63,865 bases of DNA, filler included, from Licmophora abbreviata (GCA_900291995.1; 22 parts of 22 records of this genome joined end to end with filler, not necessarily neighbours in it); one strand, 5' to 3'; numbered from the whole stretch's first letter, positions 24,300 through 37,182 are shown. Numbers and translations are program-made. Notes: generated by a model not told the origin, from the letters alone.

Positions 24300-24761
24300 G
24301 ACAGGCCATGGTGAATCCTCTCTATGGGCAGTCGGTGATNNNNNNNNNNNNNNNNNNNNNNNNNNNNNNNNNNNNNNNNNNNNTTAATTAATTAANNNNN
24401 NNNNNNNNNNNNNNNNNNNNNNNNNNNNNNNNNNNNNNNTCTTCTTCAAGGCCGTTGACACGCGCGATGCCCCTCTGCCTGTCGCGCGGATGCAGATCGC
24501 CTCACAGACTTTTCTCATGGCGCACTTTGATTGGTTGAAACATGTCCGGCCTGTACGTGTCACCAAAAGATTGGAAACTTCAAGATCCGATCGAATTCCC
24601 AGAGACAGTCGTTCGCTCATGATGGTTCGGATCCTGCCGTCGCCGTGTGTCGACTGTGCCTGTAGAAGTCACTCTTGTCATCTTCCAATAAGCCCTGAAT
24701 AGTGTCTAGCTTCAAGACTGAAAAAATTGGATACGTATCGGACGTCTTGAAGGGAAAAATC

Positions 24762-25628
24762 ATGTTTCGAGTTTCATCGACTCGAGCACTCTTCCTTCCG
24801 GATCACAATCTCGTCAGGTCATCTCTTCGTCGATGTAGGCGGTATCAGAGTGGTTTCTCTAGGTTTCGACCGAACCAACATGTCAATTCCTCGCAGCTTA
24901 GGCCACTCAGTTCTCTTGTGATTTGCAGTGGACCTCTGTACTACTATTTCTCGGTGCCTACCACCACCAGTCTCGAAAACCATCAGACGGCACTTTCCGA
25001 ACACACGTCTCTTCGCAGTATCGCGAAAGCAGAGAGCGAGCCAAGCACGTTGCTTCGCAAAGTCCAAAAAGCTGTTCGATTGATTACGCGTTTCTTCAAA
25101 CTCCTGTTAGCCCTGTCTCCGATGCTGGCCTTGTATCCTGTACAACGGCTCCTCACGTCTCGTCGTGCTCGTGAAGACAATGGTGATACTCCCACCGATG
25201 TTCATGACATTATCTTGCTGGGGTCAGATGAGCCCCCTGGTGGATTCTTGGAGTGGTATTTGAATCTGTGTTTGCAGTGTACGGAGTGGAGTGGAGTTGC
25301 CGTGGTCAAGTTGATGCAGTGGGCCGGTTCTCGACCTGATCTGTTTGGAAACGAGTTCTGTGCCGTCTTTTCGCAACTACAAGATGAAACGACGCCTCAT
25401 CGATGGAAACATACCGAAAAGGCCATGCGAGAAGCCTATGGGGAGAATTGGAACGAAAAAATCGAGCTGCAGCATGTGCTGGGTAGTGGATGTATTGGAC
25501 AGGTGTACAAGGGGGTGACAAAGAGTCGAAACGGACCCGATAAACTAGTGGCGGTAAAAGGTGAGGACAACAGAAAGGAGGATACAGTAGTGTCGAACGC
25601 AATACATTATCTTATCATCTTGCTTTCT
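24762..25628 (+). CDS. ABC1/UbiB atypical kinase (ADCK2-like), N-terminal part
   Basis: VKLMQWAGSRPDLF..FSQLQD..H, LGSGCIGQVYKG and VAVK, then a GT donor at 25561. The N-terminus is mitochondrial-type and Arg/Ser-rich. Confidence 0.85.
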
Positions 25629-25728
25629 NNNNNNNNNNNNNNNNNNNNNNNNNNNNNNNNNNNNNNNNNNNNTTAATTAATTAANNNNNNNNNNNNNNNN
25701 NNNNNNNNNNNNNNNNNNNNNNNNNNNN

Positions 25729-26088
25729 GGCTCGTTTGAGGGATTGCTGGTGTCGCTTGACTGAATCAGGATCCAGGTTTTTGCCGTCCCAGTTGCTTAC
25801 TACTCTTCCTCCTGTCGTGGCTGTTTCTTGTCCACCTTCGACTTTCTGTCCATCTTTATAGACCCATCGTCCTCCTTTAGAAGAGTGGGGTGTAATAATT
25901 CTCAAATAGGCAATCCGTTGTCCAGCTTCGTGCAGTCTATCATCGATCGTTTCGTGCTCAGCTAGGGGTCTTCGAAATTCGGTTCGCATTCGCTCGAGTG
26001 TCTTTGTATTTTGCTCTTTGGGCATATTTTGAATCAGTCGTACCAGTGTCTTATACGTATTCTGTATCTTGTAGCCGCTGCTGCTCAT
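25729..26088 (-). CDS. Small LYR-like protein, 3'-truncated
   Basis: TYKTLVRLIQNMP..RMRTEFRR..AGQRIAYLRIITP resembles the LYR three-helix pattern. The tail is NLDPDSVKRH. Confidence 0.5.
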
Positions 26089-26355
26089 GGCGGCAGTAAC
26101 AGAGGGCGGCATGGTTGATGGAGGAGAGAGGACGGCGGTCAACTGACTTTTTCTTGTGGTTTGTGGTTGTTGCTTGTTCCCATTTTCAATTTCCCCCATC
26201 GCGCGATCTCGCCGCGCGCGTTGCCGGCTATCCTCCCTGTACCACTTTTCTGGCTTTCGAACTTCGATGTGATGTGATGTTGGTGATGTTCCACAAAGAT
26301 GCAGCATCGCATGTTCGCGTCTGTGGCAGCAACAACAACACGCATCCACGGGACC

Positions 26356-26709
26356 ATGAGCACGATCCAAAACGTCAGCCAGGAGCTATTTGAACAGACG
26401 GCGGCCATCGTGGGCAATAAAAGCATTCCAACGGTCCGAGCGTCTTCGACTGCTGAAAAATTCCGGTTCTACGGTCTATACAAGCGTGGAGCTGTCGGCA
26501 AGTTGCAGCCGCCGTACGACCAAGAAGATACAGATACCGATTCTCGTCCTCATAGTCGACCGGGCATGTTCAGCTTTGAAGCTCGGAGCAAGTACGATGC
26601 GTGGCTAGAGGCGGATAAACTGTCCAAGCAGGAGGCGCGAACTGAGTATGTCAAACTGGCGGAATCTATTGTCGGAGCTCCAGTGACAGATTTAATTGCT
26701 GGAAAGTAA
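26356..26709 (+). CDS. ACBP: Acyl-CoA-binding protein
   Basis: FYGLYKRGAVG..RPGMFSFEARSKYDAW..SKQEARTEYV. Confidence 0.88.
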   Translation: MSTIQNVSQELFEQTAAIVGNKSIPTVRASSTAEKFRFYGLYKRGAVGKLQPPYDQEDTDTDSRPHSRPGMFSFEARSKYDAWLEADKLSKQEARTEYVKLAESIVGAPVTDLIAGK

Positions 26710-26772
26710 TCGCTGATCGCATACGATTAGTCGGTTGGAAAGATTCCACAAGAGTATAATGTCTAAATGAAT

Positions 26773-27303
26773 CTACTTCTTGTAATCAGCTGGCATCTCA
26801 CCGCACTCGGCAATCACAACATCGACTTCTGGCTTATCGTTTGCACCCTTGGAAACTGCTTCAATCTTCCGAACAATGTCCATGCCCTCCACCACATGGC
26901 CAAATACGACGTGCTTGTTATCGAGATGCGGAGTATCACGACTCGTGATGAAAAACTGGCTGCCGTTGGTCCCAGGTCCTGCGTTCGCCATCGAGCTGTG
27001 TCGCGTAGTGGGGAAGAGTAGATATGGAACATTAGAAAGTGAGTGGGGTCCCTCCCGTTCGATGGGCAAGTGTGCTCTCTTTTCGTGATTACTTACAGTT
27101 GTCCTCCATGCGTATGCTTGATGACAAAGTTTTCATCCTCAAACTTTTCGCCGTAGATACTGTCAGTGCGAAAGATTGCGAAGAGCGAGAGAAAGATCAG
27201 TGAGTATCGCTGATTTGCAAGGAATAATGGTGCCATCGATTGCTGATCGGCGACGAGTTTCGGACACATTGCTGCCTACCTTTGGCCTCCAGTGCCATCC
27301 CCT
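26773..27303 (-). CDS. Second cyclophilin (3' part, at least 3 exons)
   Basis: GDGTGGQ / [20 protein letters not shown] / [32 protein letters not shown]. Confidence 0.92.
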
Positions 27304-27403
27304 NNNNNNNNNNNNNNNNNNNNNNNNNNNNNNNNNNNNNNNNNNNNTTAATTAATTAANNNNNNNNNNNNNNNNNNNNNNNNNNNNNNNNNNNNNNNNN
27401 NNN

Positions 27404-27596
27404 GCCTGAAACGATGGACTCAACCTGGTTTTATCCGATTGGAAGCACTGTACTTCACAAGCAGCTGGGTGCAGGCCAGGTTCTTCCGCCGCCGCCCAGC
27501 AAAAACGGGGAGTTGCTAGTCAGAGTGCAGTTTCAGAATGGTGACAAGCACGATTTCCCGGCGGATGGGATGGACCTTCATCTCAATTTTTCGTAG
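27404..27596 (+). CDS. C-terminal fragment of an unknown protein (small SH3/Tudor-like beta domain)
   Basis: YPIGSTVLHKQLGAGQV..VRVQF. The frame is open from the gap to the stop at 27596. Confidence 0.45.
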
Positions 27597-27769
27597 GATC
27601 TACCATGGCGCTGTGTGTAATGATGTGGCTTCTTTCCTTTCCACGTAAGCTAGACGTAAACTGTAGCACGATGTGTACCGACTTGGGCCCCCACAGAAGC
27701 AAGCCTACTCGAGTAGTAGTTTTCAGACACCAGCACCGTCTGCGAGGTAAAGACAGGGCAACATTTTCG

Positions 27770-28201
27770 TCATTGCTCAGATTTTAGGATTCTTTCGATC
27801 TCTATCCGGAAATCTCGGAGCCCTGCGCATTGGAGATACATTTTGAGCCGCTTGTCCCCATCTCTCTCCTCTTGCGGTTCTTCGTCTGGACGTTTGGTGC
27901 GGTGCGGCTTATCGCTGGTGTCTTTCTTGCGCTTCTTATCTTTCGATTGCGTCATGTCATGAACGACTTGCGCTTCTTGCCCCGATCGCTGCCGAATCAC
28001 ATGTTTCGCTTGGTAGCCTTTCCCTACTTCGGTATTCTGGAACTGTCGCAGATCCACGGCAGCAGACTCTTGCGCGCCCGCAGGGCGGTCCCGCAGCTGT
28101 TGGCTGCGATGTTCCAGTTCGAGCTCGTCTCCAGCCCAACCAGCTCGGGTTTTCAAGACGCCGGCTGGAATCTCAGGTCCCCCAGAGTCATCAGATTTCA
28201 T
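27770..28201 (-). CDS. Hypothetical small hydrophilic protein with an NLS-like motif (KDKKRKK)
   Basis: 143-aa ATG-initiated ORF with plausible composition. Confidence 0.55.
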   Translation of the reverse strand: MKSDDSGGPEIPAGVLKTRAGWAGDELELEHRSQQLRDRPAGAQESAAVDLRQFQNTEVGKGYQAKHVIRQRSGQEAQVVHDMTQSKDKKRKKDTSDKPHRTKRPDEEPQEERDGDKRLKMYLQCAGLRDFRIEIERILKSEQ

Positions 28202-28715
28202 TGGCTTTGTATGGGCTTGGTAAAATGGAAAGAAGAGGCGAATTGAATGACTGGACCTAGTCTATGATGGGACGAGGCGGGGACAGGCTAAGCTTCATCG
28301 GCATTCATCGTGACGTTTTGGCAGTTTGGAAGTGATTTTGGAGCTTTCTAGTTTTGGCATTTTTGGATTACATAGATTTTGGCGATCCCCGAGAGGGATG
28401 GCCAGACAGACATGGATGTTCATGCGCACGCACGAAAAATGAAAAATCGGATGTGGCTGTGGATGGCATGCAAACTCGCAAATCCCATCGTGAGAGGTAG
28501 GTGGCTGTCAGCACTTTGAAATTGCTTCCGAAAGTTTTCTTTGTTTTCAAACGCGGAGTAGTAGGAATTGTTCACCCAAACCTCCTCGTCTCCACCGGAA
28601 GCATAAAGCACACGCGCGGCAATCCTGATCACAGTTGTTCAACACCAGCCGACCATTGCTTTGGACAACCCTTATTACTATTCGTTGCCATTTGCTTGCT
28701 TCGTCCATAAGAACC

Positions 28716-29292
28716 ATGTTGAAACTCCTTTTGTTATCGCTCTTCTTCGTTTGGGCCGCCGCCGCGCCTCAAAAAACCTCGAGAAACTCCCTGTACGACT
28801 CGTCCAGCCAGTTTCGTCGCCAGCTCGAGAGCTGCAACCTTTGCCCAAAAAGCTACCAAGGCGATCCCAGCTGCAACGGATTCAAGATCAAGGACAACAA
28901 CTTTTGGGATGATTATCCACAAGAAAAGGACGGAATGGACGATACGAGCGNNNNNNNNNNNNNNNNNNNNNNNNNNNNNNNNNNNNNNNNNNNNTTAATT
29001 AATTAANNNNNNNNNNNNNNNNNNNNNNNNNNNNNNNNNNNNNNNNNNNNGTGAAGGCCAGTGCTGCAAGGACTACCCCGTTGGATACTGTGAGTCGAAT
29101 CTTGTGATTTCACTCGTTTCCGCTTGATCAATTGCATCTCTCTTCTCACTCTTTCATTTCCTACTAATATCAGACATTGCTTTCGCTATCGGTATTGGTG
29201 GTGTTCTTGCGATTGCCTTGTTTGTGATCTACAAGTGTTACTGTGCGGGTGGAGATGAAGCGCCGCCCGTCAAGGCTGAAGAAGAGGAATAG
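28716..29292 (+). CDS. Small type I membrane protein with a Cys-rich ectodomain; spans a gap; intron 29090-29173
   Basis: Signal peptide MLKLLLLSLFFVWAAA, then RRQL and CNLC..C. After the gap: EGQCCKDY, TM IAFAIGIGGVLAIALFVIY and an acidic tail. Confidence 0.6.
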
Positions 29293-30514
29293 CCTGTGGG
29301 TAATGTTGAAGACCTTTTGATGATCAGCTGAACACAGTTGTTGAATGAAAGAAACTCTAGCGGTTCAGACAGGTGCCTCCGAGCGAGTCAAAATATACTT
29401 AGTTTGAGGTTCCTTACTAGCTCATCTCTTCGCTAGTTATTGCTTGCTAGATTCGTAGCATTTCTCGCATGCATCAAGCGCCTGTAAGCCTTCTGTACCC
29501 TACTCTTCAAGATTGGTTCGATTCTTGTCAGCTTAGCTAGTTGCGCTTGCTAGCATCCTCCTTTTAATCTCCCGATTACCACATCCACTCGCAGCCCTGC
29601 GCCGCTGTGGGTTCGGGTGCAGGCGGTGGGCATACCCAAGCACCACTGCTACGAAGGATAGATTGAACCGTGAGTTGTGATTTGGATCCTTTCGATCGTG
29701 AACCGGATCGTAACAGACCCTCGATCTACCATAACGTAAGCATTCTCGGTCCCACCAGGATTATGATCTTGTACGTTGTCTATGATGGAGGCCTAAGACG
29801 GCGCAATCAGCCCGTAAAATCAGTTGCCAAGGTTAAGTACCAAGAAAAGAGCGGAACCCGTACCCAGGTAAGTATGAATATACGATTGCACTTTGATACA
29901 CCGGAACTATCTCACTTCGAAGTTGTGGTAGAGGTCAAGTGCACATCAGCCGGTCGAGCGAAGAAGCCAGTTTGAAAAAAGGTGATCAGGTGTCGCTTAT
30001 GGTTCCTTCGGAGTGTTAGAAATCCTTAAGTATTTTGAGGGACGTACATTTCGTGTAGACCTTCGTATATACGTGTTGACTACGTCATTTTTATCAGTAT
30101 TCAATCATGAAGGTACTAAAAGACCACGTGGCTTCTTGTTGAACAACGAGATCACAACCCTCTTCTAGTTACAACCCGAACAAACGAGATGACGAAGGCG
30201 GCTCCTTGGTGATGCAGTAATCTTTCCGTGCGTCTTCGATCCGTCTCAAAGCCATTCGATCATTATCGTTTCCAAACACAGCCGTAGAACACGAATTCAT
30301 CTTCAGCCCTGCGACGATGCTCGAGGTGAAACCCAACATAGGGACGAACNNNNNNNNNNNNNNNNNNNNNNNNNNNNNNNNNNNNNNNNNNNNTTAATTA
30401 ATTAANNNNNNNNNNNNNNNNNNNNNNNNNNNNNNNNNNNNNNNNNNNNCTGCTTGTTCCGCGACTCCGAATTTAGAACAGTCAACTTCGAATACTAGAA
30501 TTGAAGTCAAGGCG

Positions 30515-33500
30515 ATGGGATCGACCGGGGCATCTTGGGACGAGGCGTGGGAGTGGACTCACCGCGTAGATATGCCTGTTTTAGGGGTGACATACAGTCG
30601 AGGAAGACTTCTCATCGCTGCCTGGAATGCGAAAGCAAGTGAACTTATGGGCTACCCAGCTCACGAGGTACTGAATTCTCCATTGAATTCCATCGTGGAC
30701 GACAGTGAAAGCATCGAGAGGAGAGAGGCGCTAACACAGTCCCTGGAGAATGCCCTAGGCGGCCGGGAAGCTGCGCCTTGTACCATCCAGATCCGGGGCC
30801 AGGCTCCTTACGCCTTTCGCATCAAGCCATCGGCCCAGAGAAATAATGATGGCAAGATCATCGGGGCTGTCTGTTTTGCCGAACAAGTCCGTTTATGTCC
30901 CTCGGAGAATCAGCTGCAAAACAGAACGATCGAAGTTGCCGATGGTTCCTCGGCCGGGTGTGATGAATCACACCTGCGCTTGCTTGTAGACTCGGCGAAC
31001 GCAGCCATTGTAGGAATCGACCTCGATGGGCTCGTCACAGAGTGGAACGATGCCACGGCGGAAATCATGAGATACACAGAAGCGGAAGCGATTCGAAAGC
31101 CTTTCCTGGAATCCTTCATCGACGAGTCATCTAGAGAGAAAGTTCGGGAAGTGATTGACAATGCGCTGACGGGTCATCGCTCATCAAACGTTCAGATTGA
31201 TATACACAGTCGACACGGCGAAGAGCATCATCTCCTTGTAAATGCTTCTGCACTGGTGGAGAGCGATGAGAGCATTCAAGGTGTTGTCATAATCGCTCAG
31301 AATGTCACAGAGACTACCATGCACGATCGGGCTGTGGCCTCCATGGCGGAGGAGCTCCGGCAGCTCGTTGAGTCATCCAACGCTGCAGTCTTTGGCGTGG
31401 ACCGGGACGGCGATGTCAACGAGTGGAACGACAAGACGGCCGAGATCACTGGCTTCACCAAAGATGAAGCCTTCGACAAGCATTTTGTAAACACCTTCGT
31501 ATTTCCGTCCTTCCGCCAGTCTGTGCAAGAAGTACTGGAAAATGCGCTAAGAGGCAAGGCCACATCCAACTATGAGCTCGAGTTCAAGGCAAAGGATGGT
31601 AACGTTCATAGCCTATTGATGAATGCCTCGCCTCGAAGAGATATATACAATCATGTTGTCGGTGTTGTTGGAGTTGCTCAAGATATCACCGAGGCGAGGC
31701 AGCATGATCGAGCTGTGGAGGCCATGGCACAGGAACTCCGACAGCTTGTTCAAACGTCGAATGCTCCCATCTTTGGGATCGATGTTCATGGAAACGTGAA
31801 TGAATGGAACGATAAGATGGCGGAAATTACTGGCTTTTCTTGTGAACATGCCGTTAATGAACCTCTTGTGGAGAAATTCATTGTTCCGGGTCTAAGACGG
31901 TCGGTCCAGGGAGTGCTGGACAGCGCACTAAGCGGCAGAGGAACATCCAACTACGAGCTTGAGTTTTGTACCCAGTCCAACGACATTCGAGTATTGCTTG
32001 TGAATGCAACAACGCGTCGCGATACCGAGAGTAACATCATCGGTGTTGTTGGTGTTGCTCAGGACATTACCGAAGCTGTTCAGAGAGATCGTGCGGTGGC
32101 TGGAATGGCGAACGAGCTGCGTCAACTGATCGACTCAGCGAATGCACCGATCTTTGGTATCGACTGCGATGGAAATATCAATGAATGGAACAACAAAACG
32201 GCCCAAATCACAGGTTTCTCCAAGGAGGAAGCGTTTGACGAGCCGCTCGTAACAAGATTCATCGCAAAGTCTCATCAGAAATCAGTGCAGGAGGTGATGG
32301 ACCAAGCCTTACTTGGGAAAGAGACCTCCAACTACGAAGTCGAGTTCATGACCAAGTCGAGTGAAACAACAAGATTCTTGCTGGTCAATGCTACCACTCG
32401 GCGTGATCCAGAGAATAATGTTGTCGGCGGTAAGTTTGCATGAGTCACTACTTGTGGGTCGTCCTTCACTTGTATCGGTATGCTCAACGAGCTCCGCCCC
32501 GATTGTTCTTCATCAGTTGTTGGAGTTGCCCAGGATGTCACGGATGACAGAAAACATGCTCAGGAACTTCGAGACATGCAATACTGCCGAGCATCGCAAG
32601 AGGCAAAGGTTGAGACGGAACGGAACATGACCGCTTACTTCGCTCACGAACTCCGCAATCCGCTCGGTGCTATTGATAGCGCGCTGAGCGCCATGCCGGA
32701 TGCTCTACCCAAGCCGGTCCAAGATCTCGTCAGTGCCATGCAGCTATGCACGGGGTTCATGTCGTCTATCATGAACAATCTGCTCGACGTAAGAAAGATG
32801 GAGGAAGGGAAGATGACTCTTCATTNNNNNNNNNNNNNNNNNNNNNNNNNNNNNNNNNNNNNNNNNNNNTTAATTAATTAANNNNNNNNNNNNNNNNNNN
32901 NNNNNNNNNNNNNNNNNNNNNNNNNAAGTTTATGAAACGAGTGAATACAAGAGGCAAAGACTGGGTCCTGGGCGACGCACATCGAATTCAACAGGTCATG
33001 ACTAATGTTGTTACAAACGCCATCAAGTACACCCTATCGGGAAGCATTACTCTGATTATTGAATGGGATGGTGATAGCGTTCGTTTTGAGTGTGCCGACA
33101 CTGGCCCTGGAATCCCCAAGAGCGAGCAAAAGAAACTGTTTGAACGCTTCGTTCAACGAGGTGGTGCGCCGGGAACTGGACTAGGCTTGGCGATCGCGAA
33201 ACATCTCGTCGATTTGACTGGGGGAACGATTTGTTTCATTAGCGATCCCAGTGTGAAGGCAGGCACGTCATGCGTTGTTACGATGCCACTGCCCACATGT
33301 GACCCTCCCGAGGGCACAGCGAAGAGTGAAGAAGAGATGCAGATGATTGAGGAGCCACTCAATATTCTCATCGTTGATGACGTCAAGATGAACCGTATGC
33401 TGCTCAAGCGACGTTTTTTGAAGAGTATTGCGCCGAACTCGACCATTACGGAAGCGTCAACCGGCGAAGAATCGCTCAAGGTTTGCGGTCAAGAGAAGTT

Positions 33501-33744
33501 TGACTTGATTGTCGTTGATCAGTACATGGAAGAGGCGGGTGGAGTCATGGTAGGGACTGACGTCGTGTTTGCTATGAGGAGAATGCGGATTCAGTCTGTC
33601 ATTATTGGTTGTTCAGGGAACGACATGGATGACCAGTTCTACGAGGCTGGGGCCGACATGGTTTGGAAAAAGCCGTTGCCTTCCAACCAGGAAATTATTG
33701 AGCACCTGAACTCTTCCCTCGCCAAGAGACGACGATTAGCGTAA
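30515..33744 (+). CDS. Soluble hybrid sensor histidine kinase: 5 PAS, HisKA, HATPase, receiver; intron 32430-32516; spans a gap
   Basis: PAS repeats (ANAPIFGID.DGNINEWN). H-box FAHELRNPL, N-box NVVTNAIKYT, G1 DTGPGI, G2 GTGLGLAI. REC domain ILIVDD..IVVDQYM..KKP. Confidence 0.93.
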
Positions 33745-34292
33745 TGGAAGTGTCATACGTATGCTTTATACAGATATGTGTCAATTTTCAATTTATATGT
33801 ATGATCGGCAATGTCATAAGCTGCTCTCCTGCAATTGTTATGATCCTGGTACCTTCTATGAGGGCTGATGCTGGTGTGATGGTACCGTTGTAGGATGAAC
33901 AAACTGTCGAAGCCTTTCGTGTGAGACTTCGGACTTAAAACTTGTCGATCTCCGATTGGATTCCTCATTCGATTGATTTGATTCATCATTCATTCCCAGT
34001 CACGAGCTCTGTAGAAATGGCACGAGCTACTCAATACCGTTTCCACAAGAATGTATCTTCGTATCTTTCTTTCTCGATACAGTAACCTTTCGTCACACTT
34101 TTACCCCATGCTGCGGTACCGGCGGTATATACCCACTCACAATGGCGACTATGGACCATAAAGTGACCCAGTTCTACCGAGGCATCTTTGCANNNNNNNN
34201 NNNNNNNNNNNNNNNNNNNNNNNNNNNNNNNNNNNNTTAATTAATTAANNNNNNNNNNNNNNNNNNNNNNNNNNNNNNNNNNNNNNNNNNNN

Positions 34293-34847
34293 ATGCAGAC
34301 GGCTCCCATGCAGTTTTGTCACAAGTATTGTCGCGCCAATAAGCCGGACGACGTGCCTGCGGATCAGCAGGGCTTTATGAAACTTCTGCACAAAACCTGG
34401 TTCGAGCTCTACCATCGCAGCCGTGGAGGTCGACCGGACTCTAGTGGATTCGAGCATGTGTTTGTTGGAGAAGTCAAAGACGGCAAAGTGTCTGGCTTTC
34501 ATAATTGGCTTATGCTTTATATGGAAGAGAAGAAAGGAGCGCTGGACTACAGGGGTTATATCTACCCGCGTGGCCGCAACAACGCCGAGGTCAACGAGGA
34601 CGATCATATCTTGACTGTCCAATTCGCGTGGAACGGTGTGGAAAAAGCTGTTGGAACGTCTTTCATTGGAGTATCGCCTGAGTTTGAAATGGCATTGTAC
34701 ACGACATGCTTCCTTGTCGGGCAGCAAGAGAACAAGGTGGCATTGAACACGGGACATGACGAGTTTGAGCTCAACATCAAGTGCTACACGATGGCTCGCG
34801 ACAAGATTGGTACCAGCTTTCCGGAGGCCCTTGCTCATTACGATTAG
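34293..34847 (+). CDS. ENDOU: Uridylate-specific endoribonuclease (EndoU/XendoU family), 5'-truncated
   Basis: SSGFEHVFVGEVK..SGFHNW..DYRGYI..FIGVSPEFEMALYT. Confidence 0.92.
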   Translation: MQTAPMQFCHKYCRANKPDDVPADQQGFMKLLHKTWFELYHRSRGGRPDSSGFEHVFVGEVKDGKVSGFHNWLMLYMEEKKGALDYRGYIYPRGRNNAEVNEDDHILTVQFAWNGVEKAVGTSFIGVSPEFEMALYTTCFLVGQQENKVALNTGHDEFELNIKCYTMARDKIGTSFPEALAHYD

Positions 34848-35092
34848 ATTGGTTGGAGCTCGAGGCATGTTGGCGGCCTAGCATGAATACACTTTCAACT
34901 TCTGTTAACACACAATTAGCTATAAGTAATGCCGAGAGCCCCGGGGCCAGAGAGCGAGGTCTGAGTCGGTTCGAGGTCAGTTACGTTTGAAACGAACGTA
35001 GGACCCGGACTTTGAAGTTTGCGCTCGACACGTGACAAGAACGTCACTCTCATTACGAGTAGATTATTTTTTTGGTCTCTCTCGGCACCACG

Positions 35093-36202
35093 ATGGCGAA
35101 AGTAAATGAGCTCACCGCCGCTTGCTCGATCATTTTGCTCGCTTGGGCTTTTCTCACTGTCACCTGCTTCACTGTGGAGCGGCCTGTGGCGTCGCGAGGG
35201 GTCTCTGTATCGAAACTTGCCCTTCAAAATGATGACTTTGAAATAGATTCCTTAAAACGACGCGAGGCGGTCATTGGATCGCTAACGACAGCTGCGACAC
35301 TCTGGACGACTCCCTTCTTAGCAGTTGCTGAGGAGCAGCCCTGCTTAGACTGTCTTCTGGACCTGCCGACTCCCACCGACGATCATGTTCGAATATTTTT
35401 GACGCGCCATGGTCAAACCGAAAATAATCGGTTGCGACTGGTCCAGGGAGCCCGAGTCGACCCTCCAATTAACGAGAATGGAATTGCAATGGCCAATAGA
35501 ATAGGCATAGCATTTTCTAGACTCCAGGATGAATGCCCTAACATCTTTTTCCACTCGCGCCTCTTACGTGCTCAGCAGACGGCCCAGGTTGCTTCGTCGG
35601 GGACAAAGCGAAATGTTGACATAAAACCTCTAGATGCCTTGGCTGAAGTTGACTTTGGTCCGCTCGCAGAAGGAAAGCAGGTTTCAGAAGTGCGTACTGA
35701 AATGATGCGTACGTATGGGGCATGGGCTGCAGGGTTTATTGATACGAGGCCCGACGGTGGCGGTGAAAGCGGAAGAGAGGTGAGTTGCTTAGCTAGTCTA
35801 GTCACAATATTGCAGTCGGACAGAGACTCCACTGACATGTCTTCGTGTCTATACGAATAGGTTTTGACTCGCGCATCGACAGCATTGCGATCCTTGGTAG
35901 ACGAAGCAAATGCCAATGGTGGCTCGGTGGTTGCTGTGACGCACTCTACTTATCTGCGCACATTACTCGCTACGATGCTTGACTTGCCTCTTGCACAGGC
36001 CGCTACATTAGAGCAAAAGAACGGATGTATCAATGTATTAGATCTGAAGCGCGATGGTTCTTTTAGGACCATTGGGCCGAAGAGCAAGCTCCTGGGAGGA
36101 GTTCTGTCGGCAGCTCCGAGCTCATTTTCCCTGGAGATTCCGAGAGGAAAGGTCGTGCGAATCAACGAAAAGCGGCATCTGGAGGGTATTCCACTGTCTT
36201 AG
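35093..36202 (+). CDS. Histidine phosphatase / phosphoglycerate mutase family protein, plastid-targeted; intron 35780-35860
   Basis: RHGQT, RAQQTA, LAEVDFG, GGESG and VAVTHS motifs. The N-terminus has a signal peptide followed by RR, a hydrophobic stretch and AVA. Confidence 0.88.
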
Positions 36203-36721
36203 AAAGACGCTAAAAGGTCCGTGATGTGCCGATAAAATGTGTAGATACCAAGGCCCCAAGTAGGATATGGAAATGCAAGCCGATCGTGTGTCTTGTAGCG
36301 AGGGTACCAGTTCCTATCCATTTGAGTATCATACAAGCAGTTTTCAAGGCACTGACTCACTCGACTCTGTCGCTCTCTGAATGCATGTCCACAATAGATC
36401 GGACACACCTACCTGACGTACTCATTTGCCGTATAGTTCCAGTAGGATGCTACGTACTGACATTTCTCCGGTGTCTGACTGACTCATCGTGTTTCCAACC
36501 GCTCGATCGCAAAGCGATGATGTGATGGGTGGTGCCGTGTGGCAGCGACCATGACACCACACACCGTTGCGGCCAGTTCAACGACGTTCGCAACCACTCG
36601 TAGGAAGTAAGAAGCCTAGACNNNNNNNNNNNNNNNNNNNNNNNNNNNNNNNNNNNNNNNNNNNNTTAATTAATTAANNNNNNNNNNNNNNNNNNNNNNN
36701 NNNNNNNNNNNNNNNNNNNNN

Positions 36722-37107
36722 CTCGTAATCTGCTCTCTGGATTCTGTAAGATCCAGCCGCTTGTCGATCATGGGAAAGTGTTGCAGGAACAAGGAGGATT
36801 TCCAGGTCCAGACGACTACATTCCGGCGTTGGACCTTGTGGTGCGTCACTCTTGCCGCAAGAACTGGTTCCACATAGTCCATGAGAACTTGAAGTTCGAT
36901 GATCTGGATCTCAACCACGATGGTGTCCTAGATCGATATGAAGTGAAGAAGATGATGGAGAGATATCTAGGTCATGAACCGGCTGATTTCGTGGTGGACA
37001 ACATGATTGCCAGCATAGATAAAGACGAAAATGGGGTGATCGACGTTGGCGAACTCAGCCATCTGATAGCCACAATGGAGAGAGAAGAGCAATGGAGGAA
37101 ATTCTAA
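36722..37107 (+). CDS. C-terminal fragment with two EF-hands (possibly a 5'-nucleotidase/EF-hand protein)
   Basis: Canonical loops DLNHDGVLDRYE and DKDENGVIDVGE. The parent family is tentative. Confidence 0.75.
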
Positions 37108-37182
37108 TTTGCGCAAGATTTCGACCTTGTAGATCTTAGGTGGATAGCATTCTTGTAGTGACAGTCTTGGTTTGTCAATAGC

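Noticed and set aside
24440..24702. Short ORFs on both strands next to the gap
   Set aside because: No recognisable motif, and the coding strand cannot be determined.
29300..30349. ORF 29670-29975 or a structured ncRNA in this gene-free stretch
   Set aside because: GTG start, no motif, and no convincing tRNA, rRNA or snRNA signature. Treated as intergenic.
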